This document shows, piece by piece, positions 22,469 through 33,397 of a DNA stretch of 64,000 nucleotides. The stretch spans positions 1,056,001 to 1,120,000 of the forward strand of contig CAWBKB010000001.1 of the NCBI GenBank assembly GCA_963789265.1, in the 5' to 3' direction. The DNA is from an uncultured delta proteobacterium (GTDB taxonomy: Bacteria > Desulfobacterota > Desulfomonilia > Desulfomonilales > Desulfomonilaceae). Positions within the stretch are counted from its first letter, which is position 1; every line of letters starts with the position of its first letter. The notes under the pieces are model-generated. The model had not been told where the DNA came from, did not search any database, and worked only from the letters and a program-made list of their open reading frames with translations. The position numbers were made by a program, and so were the translations under genes.

Positions 22469-23581
22469 CTAGTGAATCTTGGCAGTATTGGGTATCTCTT
22501 CCTCACTGACCTTCCGAACATGGCCTCTGAATATGACGAAGTTGGTGAGGACGAGTTTGTCCTTCTTCGACGGATGAAGGGAACGTATACTAAAGCCCGG
22601 CTTTCCCTCGAAGTGGAAATTGGTTACAGGTAGCACTCCGCTGATGGGTAATTGCCAGTTTATCGCACGCCGTTTGAGCTTTGTCGACCATGTCATGAAA
22701 TAGAGTTTCGTATAGTCGCAGCCAGGGTCTTTTCCTATGGGCGCGTAAGCCACGATATAATTGTTCTTGGCGCCTTGATCCGGATCGTCTATGCTGCTCA
22801 CGGTTCTCCAGCCCATCATGCGCATGAAGGGAACAGCTCTAGCTATGTCTTCCGGAGGGGTGAGCCGCATGTTGTGTGTGTAGATATATCCAATCCTCCC
22901 ATCTTCGATCTTCACCTTGTACCACACATCCTTTTTCAACTGGTCGTCCGACACGTCGTCCAGCGCTGACGCATCATCTTCCAAGGATAAACTCTGGCTC
23001 CCCGGCATGCCTCTCGGCGCCATCTTCTTTGCCGGAGAGTTGGGCCGCCTCAAAGAAACTACTCGCTCATAAAGTTCGAATTTCTTACCCGGGGGTAAAA
23101 CCTCGATGACCTTGTATTGGCGGCCGGGTTCCAATCTAAAATTCGCTTTGGTGTGGATAACACCCTCAGCCTGGGGTGGCACTCCCTCGATAGAGCGTCT
23201 CAGTTCTTGTGTCTTCTCAATGATTTCTTGTCCACCTACGATCTTCCGATTAAGGAAACCCTCCCTGCCCTCTCGCGTACGGGCACGATAGTATTCTCCC
23301 ACTCTGTCCAAGAGATGAACGGAGGTGTCGGCAGGCAACTTGATGATCACCGGCGAATTCTCATTCGCGGTCTCATATAGTGTGGCGGTTCGTATGGTGA
23401 TCCCGTCTCGCGGGGTGAATGGTCTCTTCTTCTTGAGTATCCTGCTCTGGGCCAACTTCCAGAGTTCTCTCTTGAGAGTGTCAACCTCCTGGCACCCCGA
23501 AGCCGACAGCCAGCAAGCGCCCAAGAGGACGATCAGGACGTAGAATCCGACGGTGCGCGTTTTCTTGTGTGCAAAATCCAT
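22469..23581 (-). CDS. Exported SH3b-domain protein, probable lipoprotein
   Basis: Signal peptide ending ASGC; two SH3b-like units (YYRARTREGREGF; ANFRLEPG...WYKVKIEDGRIGYI). Confidence 0.75.
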   Translation of the reverse strand: MDFAHKKTRTVGFYVLIVLLGACWLSASGCQEVDTLKRELWKLAQSRILKKKRPFTPRDGITIRTATLYETANENSPVIIKLPADTSVHLLDRVGEYYRARTREGREGFLNRKIVGGQEIIEKTQELRRSIEGVPPQAEGVIHTKANFRLEPGRQYKVIEVLPPGKKFELYERVVSLRRPNSPAKKMAPRGMPGSQSLSLEDDASALDDVSDDQLKKDVWYKVKIEDGRIGYIYTHNMRLTPPEDIARAVPFMRMMGWRTVSSIDDPDQGAKNNYIVAYAPIGKDPGCDYTKLYFMTWSTKLKRRAINWQLPISGVLPVTNFHFEGKPGFSIRSLHPSKKDKLVLTNFVIFRGHVRKVSEEEIPNTAKIH

Positions 23582-23958
23582 ACGTATGGCCTCCGCAGCC
23601 CTTCCGAGACGCCTGAGTTTATATCATCTGCCTACACGGTAAATCAACATGCTGCTCGCCCTCGTCTCTGAAGGACAGGTTGTCCGACCCCATAGACCCT
23701 TTCCTAATTCGTGCATAGAGTGTTTGGCGCGCGATTGCAACGTTTTCAACGGGCTTTTCTCCTCTTTGGTACCGTCTGCTCGGCAGCGTTTCGCAACACG
23801 AACCTGGAAGTCTCATGATAGTTCTTGATTTTCTTGCTGAAATCAGTTAGATCTTCAGCTAGTCAAGCAACTGTAGTGAGTCAGGATGCAGGAGGCCAAA
23901 AGACAGGAAATGGGGTTCAGGTTCATGCCGACATCGTTCGCTGGTAGCGGGAGGCCTT

Positions 23959-24855
23959 GTGATCATTGAAGTCTGGGCCAAGACCGATGTCGGAAAACAG
24001 CGAAGCACCAATGAGGATTCTCACTGCGTTGATCGTGACCGCGATCTTATCCTCGTCCTCGACGGCATGGGTGGCCATCGAGCGGGGGAAGTCGCTTCGA
24101 GCTTGGCAGCAGATGCTATTTCCTCGTTTTACAAGAAGTATTGCGACGGTCCCGTCAACAGTCCCGACATTTTCGACAACTATGATCATCGTTTCACCTA
24201 TCACACGAACCTGCTCAGACAGGCCGCGTTCATAGCCAATCGGGTGATTTTGGAAAGATCTCTTGAAAATCCGGAGCTTGTCGGCATGGGCAGTACGCTC
24301 GCGGGGATGAGTATACACGATTTCACTATTTCTCTGGTCAACGTTGGTGACACTAGGATGTACCTTGTCAGGAACGGCGTAATGGAGCAGATCTCCAAGG
24401 ATCATACGCTTGCAGAGGATCAGGTGGAACGCGGAATAATGACCCGTGATGAGGTCCAGGATTCACAATTGAGACATATTCTGTCGTCCGTGATCGGGGT
24501 GGATCCCCGGATAAGAGTCCACATGGATGAATTAACGGTATTCCCCGGCGACATGTTTCTTCTCTGCACTGACGGCCTTACCTCGGTTATGAATGACCCG
24601 GAAATTCTACAGGAAATTCTCGCGGACAAGCCGGGCCCCGAGACTCTGGATCGTCTGATTAACGAAGTGAATCGAAGGGGTGGTCCTGATAACACTACAG
24701 TTGCGCTGGCTGCCTTCTCGGAGGAACCTCCGCGGGCGCAAAAGTCCAAGCTGCCGTCCCTTATTGCAAGGGCCTGGGAAATGTTCAAGGGTCGCAAACA
24801 TGACGTTTCAAAAGCAAGACCCCTTGGAGGATACCCATGTTCAAGCTCGTCCTGA
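23959..24855 (+). CDS. PP2C-type Ser/Thr phosphatase (Stp1/PrpC family)
   Basis: TDVG..R..NED, DGMGGH, NVGD.R, LCTDGL, GGPDN.T. Confidence 0.95.
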   Translation: MIIEVWAKTDVGKQRSTNEDSHCVDRDRDLILVLDGMGGHRAGEVASSLAADAISSFYKKYCDGPVNSPDIFDNYDHRFTYHTNLLRQAAFIANRVILERSLENPELVGMGSTLAGMSIHDFTISLVNVGDTRMYLVRNGVMEQISKDHTLAEDQVERGIMTRDEVQDSQLRHILSSVIGVDPRIRVHMDELTVFPGDMFLLCTDGLTSVMNDPEILQEILADKPGPETLDRLINEVNRRGGPDNTTVALAAFSEEPPRAQKSKLPSLIARAWEMFKGRKHDVSKARPLGGYPCSSSS

Positions 24856-25607
24856 AGTTTCAGGATAATGTTCTCCAGGAGTACACATTCGACACGACTC
24901 CTGTCACCATCGGCAGACGCGAAGATAACGATGTCACTATCGACAACATGGCTGTGTCGGGCCATCACGCGCAAATCGAAGAAGAAGAGCCGAACTATTA
25001 TGTTCTTGTAGATCTCGAATCTCTAAACGGTACTTTCTTAAATGAGAAGAAAGTCATGCGCGAAAGGATCTTTGATGGTGACTCTATCATCATAGGTAAA
25101 CATTTTCTCGATTTTGTTGACCTTCGTCCGGAGGATGAGCAGCCGTCCAGAGCAGGATCGTCGGAAGACCGGGGCTTTGCGGGCCGCTCGTTTCGCGACA
25201 CTGTCATTCTCGATACCCAAGCCCAGCAGGAGTTACTCGCCAAACAAGCGGCAGATAAAGGGTTTTCGCAGGATCGACCACCGGAAAAACCCAAGAAAGT
25301 TGAACTGTATGGGTCTGTGACAATCATATCCGGCGGCACCCCGCAGATCATTGATCTCAACAAACGTCTCACTACATGCGGCAAATCAAGCAATTCGGAT
25401 GTCAGGTGTTCCGGACTCCTCGTGGGAAAGACCGCAGCCTTAATCAACAAGAGACCTAACGGTTTCTTCTTAGCCTATGCAGAAGGGCTGAAGAAGCCGG
25501 AAGTCAACGGTAGAGTGGTCACCACGCAGGTGCAACTCCAGGATGGAGATGAAATTATCATTGGAAGCACCCGTATGACATTCAACCTTCGAGAAGAAAT
25601 ATCCTGA
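24837..25607 (+). CDS. Double FHA domain protein
   Basis: IGRREDND..VSGHHA...SLNGTFLN; second degenerate FHA at the C-terminus (CGKSSNSDV...LQDGDEIIIG). Confidence 0.9.
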   Translation: MFKLVLKFQDNVLQEYTFDTTPVTIGRREDNDVTIDNMAVSGHHAQIEEEEPNYYVLVDLESLNGTFLNEKKVMRERIFDGDSIIIGKHFLDFVDLRPEDEQPSRAGSSEDRGFAGRSFRDTVILDTQAQQELLAKQAADKGFSQDRPPEKPKKVELYGSVTIISGGTPQIIDLNKRLTTCGKSSNSDVRCSGLLVGKTAALINKRPNGFFLAYAEGLKKPEVNGRVVTTQVQLQDGDEIIIGSTRMTFNLREEIS

Positions 25608-25832
25608 ATCCTGTTCCAAAGGCCGCCGGTCTGTTCTTCCCTAGATCACCTTCGACGCCTCCCCACAGGGTGAGCCATATAAGTTGTCAAAAATAAAGAC
25701 CTATATCGCACGGGCCTTAGTGGAGCCCCAGCCGGAACGCCGAGTTCCTCATCCGTAAGTCGGCGGAGATCTTCGAAAACCGCGATATTCGATGTGCAAG
25801 ACGCGTCGTTGGATCAGGACCCGGGAATCGCG

Positions 25833-27206
25833 CTAAAGTTTTGTGTTAATAATTCGTGAATTTCTCCTCCTCATGGACTTCCTGAGTGAACGCGTCCTGA
25901 GTGTAAGGCTGAACATCAGTAACAGGCCCACTGCTACCATAGCCAAACCCAGGAGCTGCCAGAAAGCCAGGCCGGCCTTTCTTCCCATCTGACCCCCCGA
26001 CTGTGATGCCCGGACGGCGTCATTCTTTTGTTCTTTGCCCAGCCTGACGTTCGAGGAGGTTGATACTATCTTGGCGAGTTTGGCCGGGGATGCACCGGGG
26101 TTCGACTCTGCCGATTCTGCTGAGGGGTTGTCGTAGAACAGCTTGTACTCAAGGCCGCGGTGATACTCAAAGATTGCCATACGCATAGTACCGGCTGCCT
26201 CAAGCCTCTCGACCTGCACCGGGGTCCGGCTGCCCCCGTAAAGTTCCATCGAAATGTACCTGAAAGGTTCCGCATTGGTTCGCACTTGCAGGACTTCGTT
26301 AACGGCATCTTCCTTGCGGAGTCGGAATACGGTTCCTTCATAGATTTTCTTCCATGCCTTCGGTGTGAGCTTGGATGCGCCCTGCAACCGAATTCTTTTC
26401 ACGAACTCCTTGGCAGGGGTGAAAAAACCCACCTGCGTGATAGAAAGCCGCTTTTCTCCCAGGTCCGCAATTATCCTTGTTGAACCCAACTCCGTCTGAG
26501 TGCGGTTCTCCAGAATCCGGACATCGAGGGGCTTTGTCAAAGGCGTGTGCGGGTCCGGCGGACAGCATTGGATAGAGTCTAACTTCAAAGGCGGTTGATC
26601 TCCGTCCAAAATTCGGAGATAGATGTACTGGAAATTATTGAGAGGATGCGTCAATTTGAGGCTAGTTAACGGAATTGGTCCTGCCAGGTTCGCAATCAGC
26701 CCGTCCATACGGATTACGTACGCATCTCGGACGTTGTCGGAACCTCTTATTTCAACCTTCCGCACGAAATTCTTCGAGTGAGTCCCGATAATAATGCCAC
26801 TGGTCAAAATCTTGCCAGTCTTGTCGATTGCAATGTCGGTCCATTTGCCTGCCGTCCTGGCCACACGGAATATCTGAGCCGGAAACGGCTTGGCTACATT
26901 AACCGACGCGGGATCCGTAATCGTGACGAGGGCCGACATACCATTCGAAGACACCACACGCAGGTCACCCAGATCCGGTCGAGATTTATCTATGACGCTC
27001 GGCTCCAGAACCACCCCTGCCGGCCCATCGGGCAGATCCGGTGTAACGCGGACTTCTCTGAACCTTTTCCAATGACTTGAGTCAAAATCGGCGTGGACCG
27101 TCATCCATGAGGACAAGACGGCCAAGATGATGACGATGACGGTAAAGCCTTTACAGTGCCGCCCGCCTCGCCGACAGCTTCTCAGAACCTGGTGCACCCT
27201 CGACAT
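25833..27206 (-). CDS. Exported, membrane-anchored hypothetical protein (DUF3999-like)
   Basis: Signal peptide, W...R, DLGDLRV motif, C-terminal TM plus basic tail. Confidence 0.6.
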   Translation of the reverse strand: MSRVHQVLRSCRRGGRHCKGFTVIVIILAVLSSWMTVHADFDSSHWKRFREVRVTPDLPDGPAGVVLEPSVIDKSRPDLGDLRVVSSNGMSALVTITDPASVNVAKPFPAQIFRVARTAGKWTDIAIDKTGKILTSGIIIGTHSKNFVRKVEIRGSDNVRDAYVIRMDGLIANLAGPIPLTSLKLTHPLNNFQYIYLRILDGDQPPLKLDSIQCCPPDPHTPLTKPLDVRILENRTQTELGSTRIIADLGEKRLSITQVGFFTPAKEFVKRIRLQGASKLTPKAWKKIYEGTVFRLRKEDAVNEVLQVRTNAEPFRYISMELYGGSRTPVQVERLEAAGTMRMAIFEYHRGLEYKLFYDNPSAESAESNPGASPAKLAKIVSTSSNVRLGKEQKNDAVRASQSGGQMGRKAGLAFWQLLGLAMVAVGLLLMFSLTLRTRSLRKSMRRRNSRIINTKL

Positions 27207-27357
27207 GGGGACGGATTATATTATCCCGCGGCCTTGATATCAAGATATGATTACGGTTTTTGCATTTCATTCGGCCAATTTAATCAATGTGAAAAGATCG
27301 GCATGCTTTTGTTGACGTCGAACCTCATTGCCTGTTAACTGACTCTAAAACATCGAG

Positions 27358-30012
27358 ATGGAAATTATCACCACACACCTCAATGCCGACTTTGACGCTT
27401 TCGCGTCGATGGTTGCAGCCAAGAAGCTCTATCCGGGTGCCCTTGTGGCTTTTCCGGGCTCACAGGAAAAAAACCTCCGCGACTTTTTTATAGATTCCAC
27501 ATTGTACATTCTCTCGATAGAACGTGCCAAGGACATCGATCTGGAACAGGTGGATCGCCTCATTCTGGTTGACACTCGGCAAAGGAGCAGGATCGGGAGA
27601 TTCGCCGCGTTGGCCGATTCAGATGAGGTAGAGATTCACATCTACGACCATCATCCCGATTCCGAGGACGACGTAAAGGGGCAAGTGGAAATCGTTCGCG
27701 AGGTTGGAGCCACCGCAACGTTGATGATTCGCGAACTCCGGAATCGAGGGATTGAGCTTAATGCCGAGGAGGCCACGGTCCTGGCGTTGGGGATTTACGA
27801 AGATACCGGCTCCTTCACTTTTTCATCCACTACCAAAGATGACTTGGAAGCGGCGGCATGGCTGATGGCAAAAGGTGCAAACCTGAATATCATTTCGAAC
27901 ATGATGACCAGCGAGTGGAGTAAGGACCAAATCGAACTGCTCTACCAGCTCATTGAAGAGTCGGAAGTGGTCAATCTCGGAGGCATCGAGGTACTTGTGG
28001 CGACCGCGACTCAAGAAGGCTACGTCGGAGATCTTGCAATTCTCGTGCACAAGTACAAGGAAATGGAAAGTTTTGATGCCATATTTGCCATCGTTAGGAT
28101 GGATGACCGGATTCATCTGATCGCTCGGAGCAGCCTGGAAGAAGTCAATGCCGGAGAAATTGCAGCGGAGTTCGGCGGCGGCGGTCATCCCACCGCGGCG
28201 AGTGCCACGATAAGAGATCTGTCTCTTTATGAAGCGCGCGAAAAGCTCGTTGAATTCCTCCACGATAAGGTGCATCCAAAGCGAAAAGCGGGCGAAATCA
28301 TGAGCCGACCGGTCATTACCATCGGTCCCAGCCGGACGATCCGTGATGCGGCCAAATTTTTGAGCCGTTATCAGATCAGTTCTCTGCCGGTTGTGCGAGA
28401 CGGTTCCATATTGGGCATACTGCATCGAAATGCAGTGGATAAGGCCCTCCATCACGGCCTGGAGCTGGAACGCGTCTACGAATATATGAATCCGGGAGTG
28501 GTATTTGTTACTCCCGACGAGTCCATCGAGAAGGTCCTCCGCGTGACGTTGGAAGGCCGACATCGGCTTGTTCCTGTAATCGATGAGGGGAGGGTGGTCG
28601 GCGTAATCAGTCGCAGCGACCTGTTAGAGCATCTGAAGCTTCCTCGCCAGAGCGATTCCACGGGCCCGGAAGAATTTCCAGTCGGCCGGATGCGAGCCAA
28701 GAGTGTGCGCAGGTTGATGGAGGAACGATTTCCCGAGCGCGTAGCGGGCATTTTGCGCCAGGCCGGAGATGTCGCGGCAAAGCGAGGGGAAACTGCGTAC
28801 CTCGTAGGCGGTGCGGTGAGGGATCTTCTCCTGAGAAACTACAACTTGGACATTGATCTGGTGATAGAAGGGGAAGGCATTCCCTTCGCGCGGGAGTTGG
28901 CAAGAGAATTTCCAGGCTGCCGCGTGCAGGGCCATGACAAGTTCGGAACAGCCGTTCTCCTGTTTGCCGATGGATTCAAGATCGACGTTGCCACGGCTCG
29001 GCACGAGTATTACGCGAGACCGGGAGCCTTGCCCACGGTGGAGACGAGTTCTATAAAAAGAGACTTGTACCGTCGAGACTTTACCATGAACACCCTGGCA
29101 GTGGCGCTAAATCCACGCACGTTCGGCCAGGTGATCGACTTTTTCGGGGGAGCTCGGGACATCAAGGAGAAAGTCATTCGCGTGCTTCACAATCTCGCCT
29201 TTGTTGAAGATCCCACGAGGATTCTTCGTGCGATCCGCTTCAGCGGCCGCTTTGGGTTCGCGATCGCCAAACACAGCCTCGGGCTGATGAGGGCAGCGCT
29301 CAGAATGCAGGTCTTCGACCGCGTGGAAGGCAAACGGCTCCTGAACGAACTGATCCATATACTCAACGAAAAGAACCGGGTCCCTTCCCTTGCTCTCATG
29401 ACTACATACGGAATCCCGCAAGCGCTGCACCCGTCACTGGACTTCAGTCTTAAGACTACAGAACTTGTCGAAGCCGTTGCAGGAGTTCTTTCGTGGTGGA
29501 AGTACCTCTTTCTGAAGGACAAACTGGAGTCATGGGTCGTCTACTTTCTTGCCCTCACAGATTCGTTGTCTGACGAAGAGTTCTTCGAAGTGATGAAACG
29601 GTTTTCGCTCGAGAGGTCAAGTGCAAAAGATCTGCTCGGCAAGCGCATCGAATTGAGGCAGGTTCTTGCCCTCTTCGCAAGAGGGCAGGTGGAACGGCCA
29701 AGCCAAATAGTGACATGCCTCCGGAAGTTGCCGATGGAAGGTTTACTATTCATGATGGCCAAAACCACCCGAGACGAGACAAGAAAGGCCATATCAGAGT
29801 ACATCACCGCCTTGAGAACCGTCACCCCTCTGCTTAGCGGTGCAGATCTGATTCAGATGGGATATTCCCCGGGGCCTGTTTTCACTTCCATACTGAGATC
29901 TTTGCGCGACGCCAAGCTGGATGGAATCATCTCTACAGAGAAAGAGGCACGGGAATTGGTTGCCAGACTGTTTCCTTGGCCCGTTTCCGACGAGGCCTCT
30001 CCCGGACGGTAA
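27358..30012 (+). CDS. CCA/A-adding tRNA nucleotidyltransferase with DHH and CBS domains
   Basis: H.NADFD, DHH, GGGGH; CBS pair; VGGAVRD, DID, RRDFTMN, EDPTRILRA. Confidence 0.93.
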   Translation: MEIITTHLNADFDAFASMVAAKKLYPGALVAFPGSQEKNLRDFFIDSTLYILSIERAKDIDLEQVDRLILVDTRQRSRIGRFAALADSDEVEIHIYDHHPDSEDDVKGQVEIVREVGATATLMIRELRNRGIELNAEEATVLALGIYEDTGSFTFSSTTKDDLEAAAWLMAKGANLNIISNMMTSEWSKDQIELLYQLIEESEVVNLGGIEVLVATATQEGYVGDLAILVHKYKEMESFDAIFAIVRMDDRIHLIARSSLEEVNAGEIAAEFGGGGHPTAASATIRDLSLYEAREKLVEFLHDKVHPKRKAGEIMSRPVITIGPSRTIRDAAKFLSRYQISSLPVVRDGSILGILHRNAVDKALHHGLELERVYEYMNPGVVFVTPDESIEKVLRVTLEGRHRLVPVIDEGRVVGVISRSDLLEHLKLPRQSDSTGPEEFPVGRMRAKSVRRLMEERFPERVAGILRQAGDVAAKRGETAYLVGGAVRDLLLRNYNLDIDLVIEGEGIPFARELAREFPGCRVQGHDKFGTAVLLFADGFKIDVATARHEYYARPGALPTVETSSIKRDLYRRDFTMNTLAVALNPRTFGQVIDFFGGARDIKEKVIRVLHNLAFVEDPTRILRAIRFSGRFGFAIAKHSLGLMRAALRMQVFDRVEGKRLLNELIHILNEKNRVPSLALMTTYGIPQALHPSLDFSLKTTELVEAVAGVLSWWKYLFLKDKLESWVVYFLALTDSLSDEEFFEVMKRFSLERSSAKDLLGKRIELRQVLALFARGQVERPSQIVTCLRKLPMEGLLFMMAKTTRDETRKAISEYITALRTVTPLLSGADLIQMGYSPGPVFTSILRSLRDAKLDGIISTEKEARELVARLFPWPVSDEASPGR

Positions 30013-30359
30013 TCATGCTGTCTGCTAAGGTTTGATTCGCCACGATGCAACGCTCACTCAGGTATTCACTATCGAGAAAATCGCGAAACTGCCGGGAAGA
30101 GGAAATCCTGATATGCCGACACGTGTTCAATTATGATATATGTGTTTATGCGCTGATGCGGCATCAGCGGGGAGAAACGGCAAAATTCACGATGCTGTCA
30201 ACAAGCAACCAGGAATCCCGGGGTTCGCGCGAGTCTTCGAATAAGTCGGGAAGACGCGAATTGCACGCGGATTCCTTCAAATGCCTTGAAAGGTTCCCGC
30301 AGCCACTTCTAAGCACTGCGACTTTCCGCGGACAACCCAAAAAAAGGCTGGAGGTTTGA

Positions 30360-31694
30360 ATGAAATCCGAGGGCGCGAAGCAAGTAAAGATGTTCGACAT
30401 CACCCTACGAGACGGCTCCCAAAGCAAAGTGGCCACTCGAGTAAAACTCGATGATTTGCTCAAAGTGGCCACCAAGCTTGCGGAAACTGGAATTTACGGA
30501 GCGGAAACCTGGGGGGGGGCTACTTTTGACGTATGCATTCGCTACCTGCGGGAAGATCCGTGGGAAAGGGCGCGCAGGCTTAAAGAGGCCCTTCCCAATG
30601 TCAAGAACATGATGCTCATTCGTGGGCAGAACCTGGTCGCGTATACCAATTTTTCCGATGATGTCGTCAACAAGTTCGTGCATGCCGCGGCCCGAAACGG
30701 AATAGATGTCTTCAGGATTTTTGACGCACTGGATGATATGAGGAACCATGAGGCTGTAATCGAAGCGGTCAAGGAAACGGGAAAAATCGCTGAGGGAGCA
30801 GTCTGTTTTACCATCAGCCCTGTTCATACAATAGAGAAATTCGTATCCAAGGCAAGACAACTGGAAGACAAGGGAGTGGATCAAATCTGTATTAAGGACA
30901 TGGCAGGTCTAATCGATCCACATACGACCTTTGAGCTTGTCACGAGCCTAAAGAAGGCAGTAAGCGTTCCAATTCACCTTCATACGCACGACAGTTGCGG
31001 TTTGGGTATGATGTCGGCTTTAAAAGCGGTAGAAGCCGGATGCGACATGCTCGACTCCGTTCTGAGTCCATTCTCGGGCGGCACCGGCCATCCGTGCACA
31101 GAATCGCTGGTCTACGCTCTCGGCCTTTTCGGGTACGAGACGGGCTGCGACCTGGCAAAGCTCACCGAGGCCGCAGAAGAAGCCAAAGGAGTCCGCGCGC
31201 TCTACAGCGAATTCGAGGCGCCTTACAATGGGGTGGACTGCCGGATGCTCGTAACTCAGATTCCCGGTGGAGTCATGTCTAATCTTACCAGCCAACTCAA
31301 ACTCCAAAACGCGCTCCCCAGGTTGGATGAGATCATTGAAGAGATACCGCGAGTCAGAGCAGATCTTGGATACATACCGCTGGTCACTCCCACTTCTCAG
31401 ATAGTGGTATCCCAGGCTACCTTCAACGTTCTCCTGGGCCGATACAAGATCATTGCGAACCATACTGCGAACCTCCTGAAAGGCATGTACGGGGAGACCC
31501 CGGCTCCGGTAAGCAAAGAGTTGCAGGAGAGAGTGCTGAAGGGAGAAAAGCCCATAACCGTGCGGCCCGCTGAACTCATTCCTCCGATGTGGCCGGACCT
31601 GGAAGCGAAATTTCCGAGCCTGACGGACGAGGAAATCCTCATACACGCAATCTTCCCTCATGAAGCGCCGGGATATTTCGCCGAAAAAAAGTAA
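30360..31694 (+). CDS. Pyruvate/oxaloacetate carboxyltransferase subunit (PycB/OadA/transcarboxylase 5S-like, no biotinyl domain)
   Basis: LRDGSQS, WGGATFD, RGQNLV, IKDMAG, HLHTH, QIPGG, LVTPTSQIV. Confidence 0.92.
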   Translation: MKSEGAKQVKMFDITLRDGSQSKVATRVKLDDLLKVATKLAETGIYGAETWGGATFDVCIRYLREDPWERARRLKEALPNVKNMMLIRGQNLVAYTNFSDDVVNKFVHAAARNGIDVFRIFDALDDMRNHEAVIEAVKETGKIAEGAVCFTISPVHTIEKFVSKARQLEDKGVDQICIKDMAGLIDPHTTFELVTSLKKAVSVPIHLHTHDSCGLGMMSALKAVEAGCDMLDSVLSPFSGGTGHPCTESLVYALGLFGYETGCDLAKLTEAAEEAKGVRALYSEFEAPYNGVDCRMLVTQIPGGVMSNLTSQLKLQNALPRLDEIIEEIPRVRADLGYIPLVTPTSQIVVSQATFNVLLGRYKIIANHTANLLKGMYGETPAPVSKELQERVLKGEKPITVRPAELIPPMWPDLEAKFPSLTDEEILIHAIFPHEAPGYFAEKK

Positions 31695-31720
31695 CGTTGT
31701 CCGCCGGCAGGTGAAAGATT

Positions 31721-32188
31721 ATGAGTGAGATTAAACCTTTGCAGGATCGCCTCCATCCGGAGGCGCCAATACGCCATTGTTACGGATGCGGCGCGGATAA
31801 CGCAAACGGGCTCAAAATCAAAAGTTTCCTCGACGGGGACGAGGTTGTAACCACGTGGCGGGCTCAAGATCACCATTGCTCGTACCCGGGCTACCTCAAC
31901 GGCGGGGTTGCATGCACGCTAATTGATTGTCACTCTGCGTGGACTGTTTTCGCCCTGGAATGTCGCGACCAGGGGTTGGACATGGAACAGGAATCCGATC
32001 TCCCCACCGGCTGGACTCGCGCTATGACCGTCGAGTTCCTAAAGCCTACCCTGCTGAATGGCGAACTGACCCTTAGGGCCAAAGTCACAAAGAAGGGGCA
32101 CACCAGCCGCACAGTCGCGTGCTCCCTTTACTCCAAAGGAGAAGAGTGCGTCCGTGCTGAGGTCACCATTGTGGTGAAAGGGGGGTGA
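31721..32188 (+). CDS. PaaI family thioesterase
   Basis: CYGCG..N..GL, YPGYLNGG...LIDCHS; hotdog-fold pattern. Confidence 0.88.
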   Translation: MSEIKPLQDRLHPEAPIRHCYGCGADNANGLKIKSFLDGDEVVTTWRAQDHHCSYPGYLNGGVACTLIDCHSAWTVFALECRDQGLDMEQESDLPTGWTRAMTVEFLKPTLLNGELTLRAKVTKKGHTSRTVACSLYSKGEECVRAEVTIVVKGG

Positions 32189-32418
32189 GATTGATCACGT
32201 GCACCGTATGCAAACAAGGTGAAGCGCATCCCGGTCAGGTAACCGTAACGCTCCAACGAGGCGAAACAACCGTAATTATTAAAGGGGTCCCAGCCCAAGT
32301 TTGCGAAAATTGTGGCGAGTACTACCTGGATGAAGCTATTACTGAGCGTGTCCTGTCAATGGCTGAGGACGCGGTTAGGAAGAATGTTGAGGTGGAGATC
32401 CTCAGATTTGCCGCATAA
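32185..32418 (+). CDS. YgiT-type zinc finger (MqsA-like antitoxin N-domain)
   Basis: CTVCKQG...IIKGVPAQVCENCGEYY. Confidence 0.88.
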   Translation: MRLITCTVCKQGEAHPGQVTVTLQRGETTVIIKGVPAQVCENCGEYYLDEAITERVLSMAEDAVRKNVEVEILRFAA

Positions 32419-32515
32419 AGAACAAACCCTGAAACATCTGCACCGGCAATCCAGCCCAGCTTCGATGTCCGTTCCCCAAGCCGAAATTATTTTCCAATAA
32501 TCGGTTGGTAAGAAC

Positions 32516-33397
32516 TCATCTAACACACTTGCTTTGAGTGCCCAATCGTCCATTCTTTTCGAGCAGCCTTTGAATGTTCCCGCCTAGAATGCCCTCCCGT
32601 AAAGCTCCATCTACCTCAGCCTTGTCCAACTCCTTCAGGTATCGGGCCAGAGGTATAAGGGGGTAATCGCTGCCGAAGACGATCTTTTCGGGCCCCATGA
32701 TTCGGCACGCGACTTCAAATATCCTGTGATCGTAAAGAAACGGGGAAGCGGCGGTGTCCAGGTACGTGCGTCTGAGGATGCTCGCGATTTCCGGCATCAA
32801 CCCGTAGACAAATATCCCTCCTCCAAAATGTGAAAGGATGAAATCCACCTCCGGGTTGGCCTCTATAATGTGGAGCAGACCCCTAAAGTCGACGGGGATT
32901 TTGCCGGGGTAAGAATGCCCGACAGGTTCATTGACGTGAATCATCACCGGTACATTCGCCTTTCGAGCTAATTCGAGACTCGGACTAAGGGCCTCGAAGT
33001 CCGCGCGGCTCCACCCACCGTGATACATGGCAAGCTCGCCTATTCCGGCAAATCCTCCGGCCAGGGCCCGTTTCGCCTCCAGGTATGCTCCTTCACCCCC
33101 CATGGGCGACAGAACGGCAAACGGAACGATCCTGTTGGGATAACGTTGATGAAATTCCCAGACTTCATCATTGTTTCGCCTCACAAGATCATGCTGTTCC
33201 CAGGGAAAGCCAAACACGATGGCTCGGCCGATACTCGAATCGTCCAGGTAGCGGAGGATGTCGGACTCCGAGACAACCTTGGCTTTCCCGGATGAATAGA
33301 TGGATCCGAACGCGAGATCGCTGCGGCAGAAAGGGACGCGATCCTGTTGAACTTTGCGGGGCAATAAATGAACATGAGAGTCTACGATCATTTTCAA
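32516..33397 (-). CDS. Amidohydrolase_2 family protein
   Basis: DSHVH, GIGEL, IH, SHFGGG, YLDTA, FGSDYP. Confidence 0.92.
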   Translation of the reverse strand: MKMIVDSHVHLLPRKVQQDRVPFCRSDLAFGSIYSSGKAKVVSESDILRYLDDSSIGRAIVFGFPWEQHDLVRRNNDEVWEFHQRYPNRIVPFAVLSPMGGEGAYLEAKRALAGGFAGIGELAMYHGGWSRADFEALSPSLELARKANVPVMIHVNEPVGHSYPGKIPVDFRGLLHIIEANPEVDFILSHFGGGIFVYGLMPEIASILRRTYLDTAASPFLYDHRIFEVACRIMGPEKIVFGSDYPLIPLARYLKELDKAEVDGALREGILGGNIQRLLEKNGRLGTQSKCVR

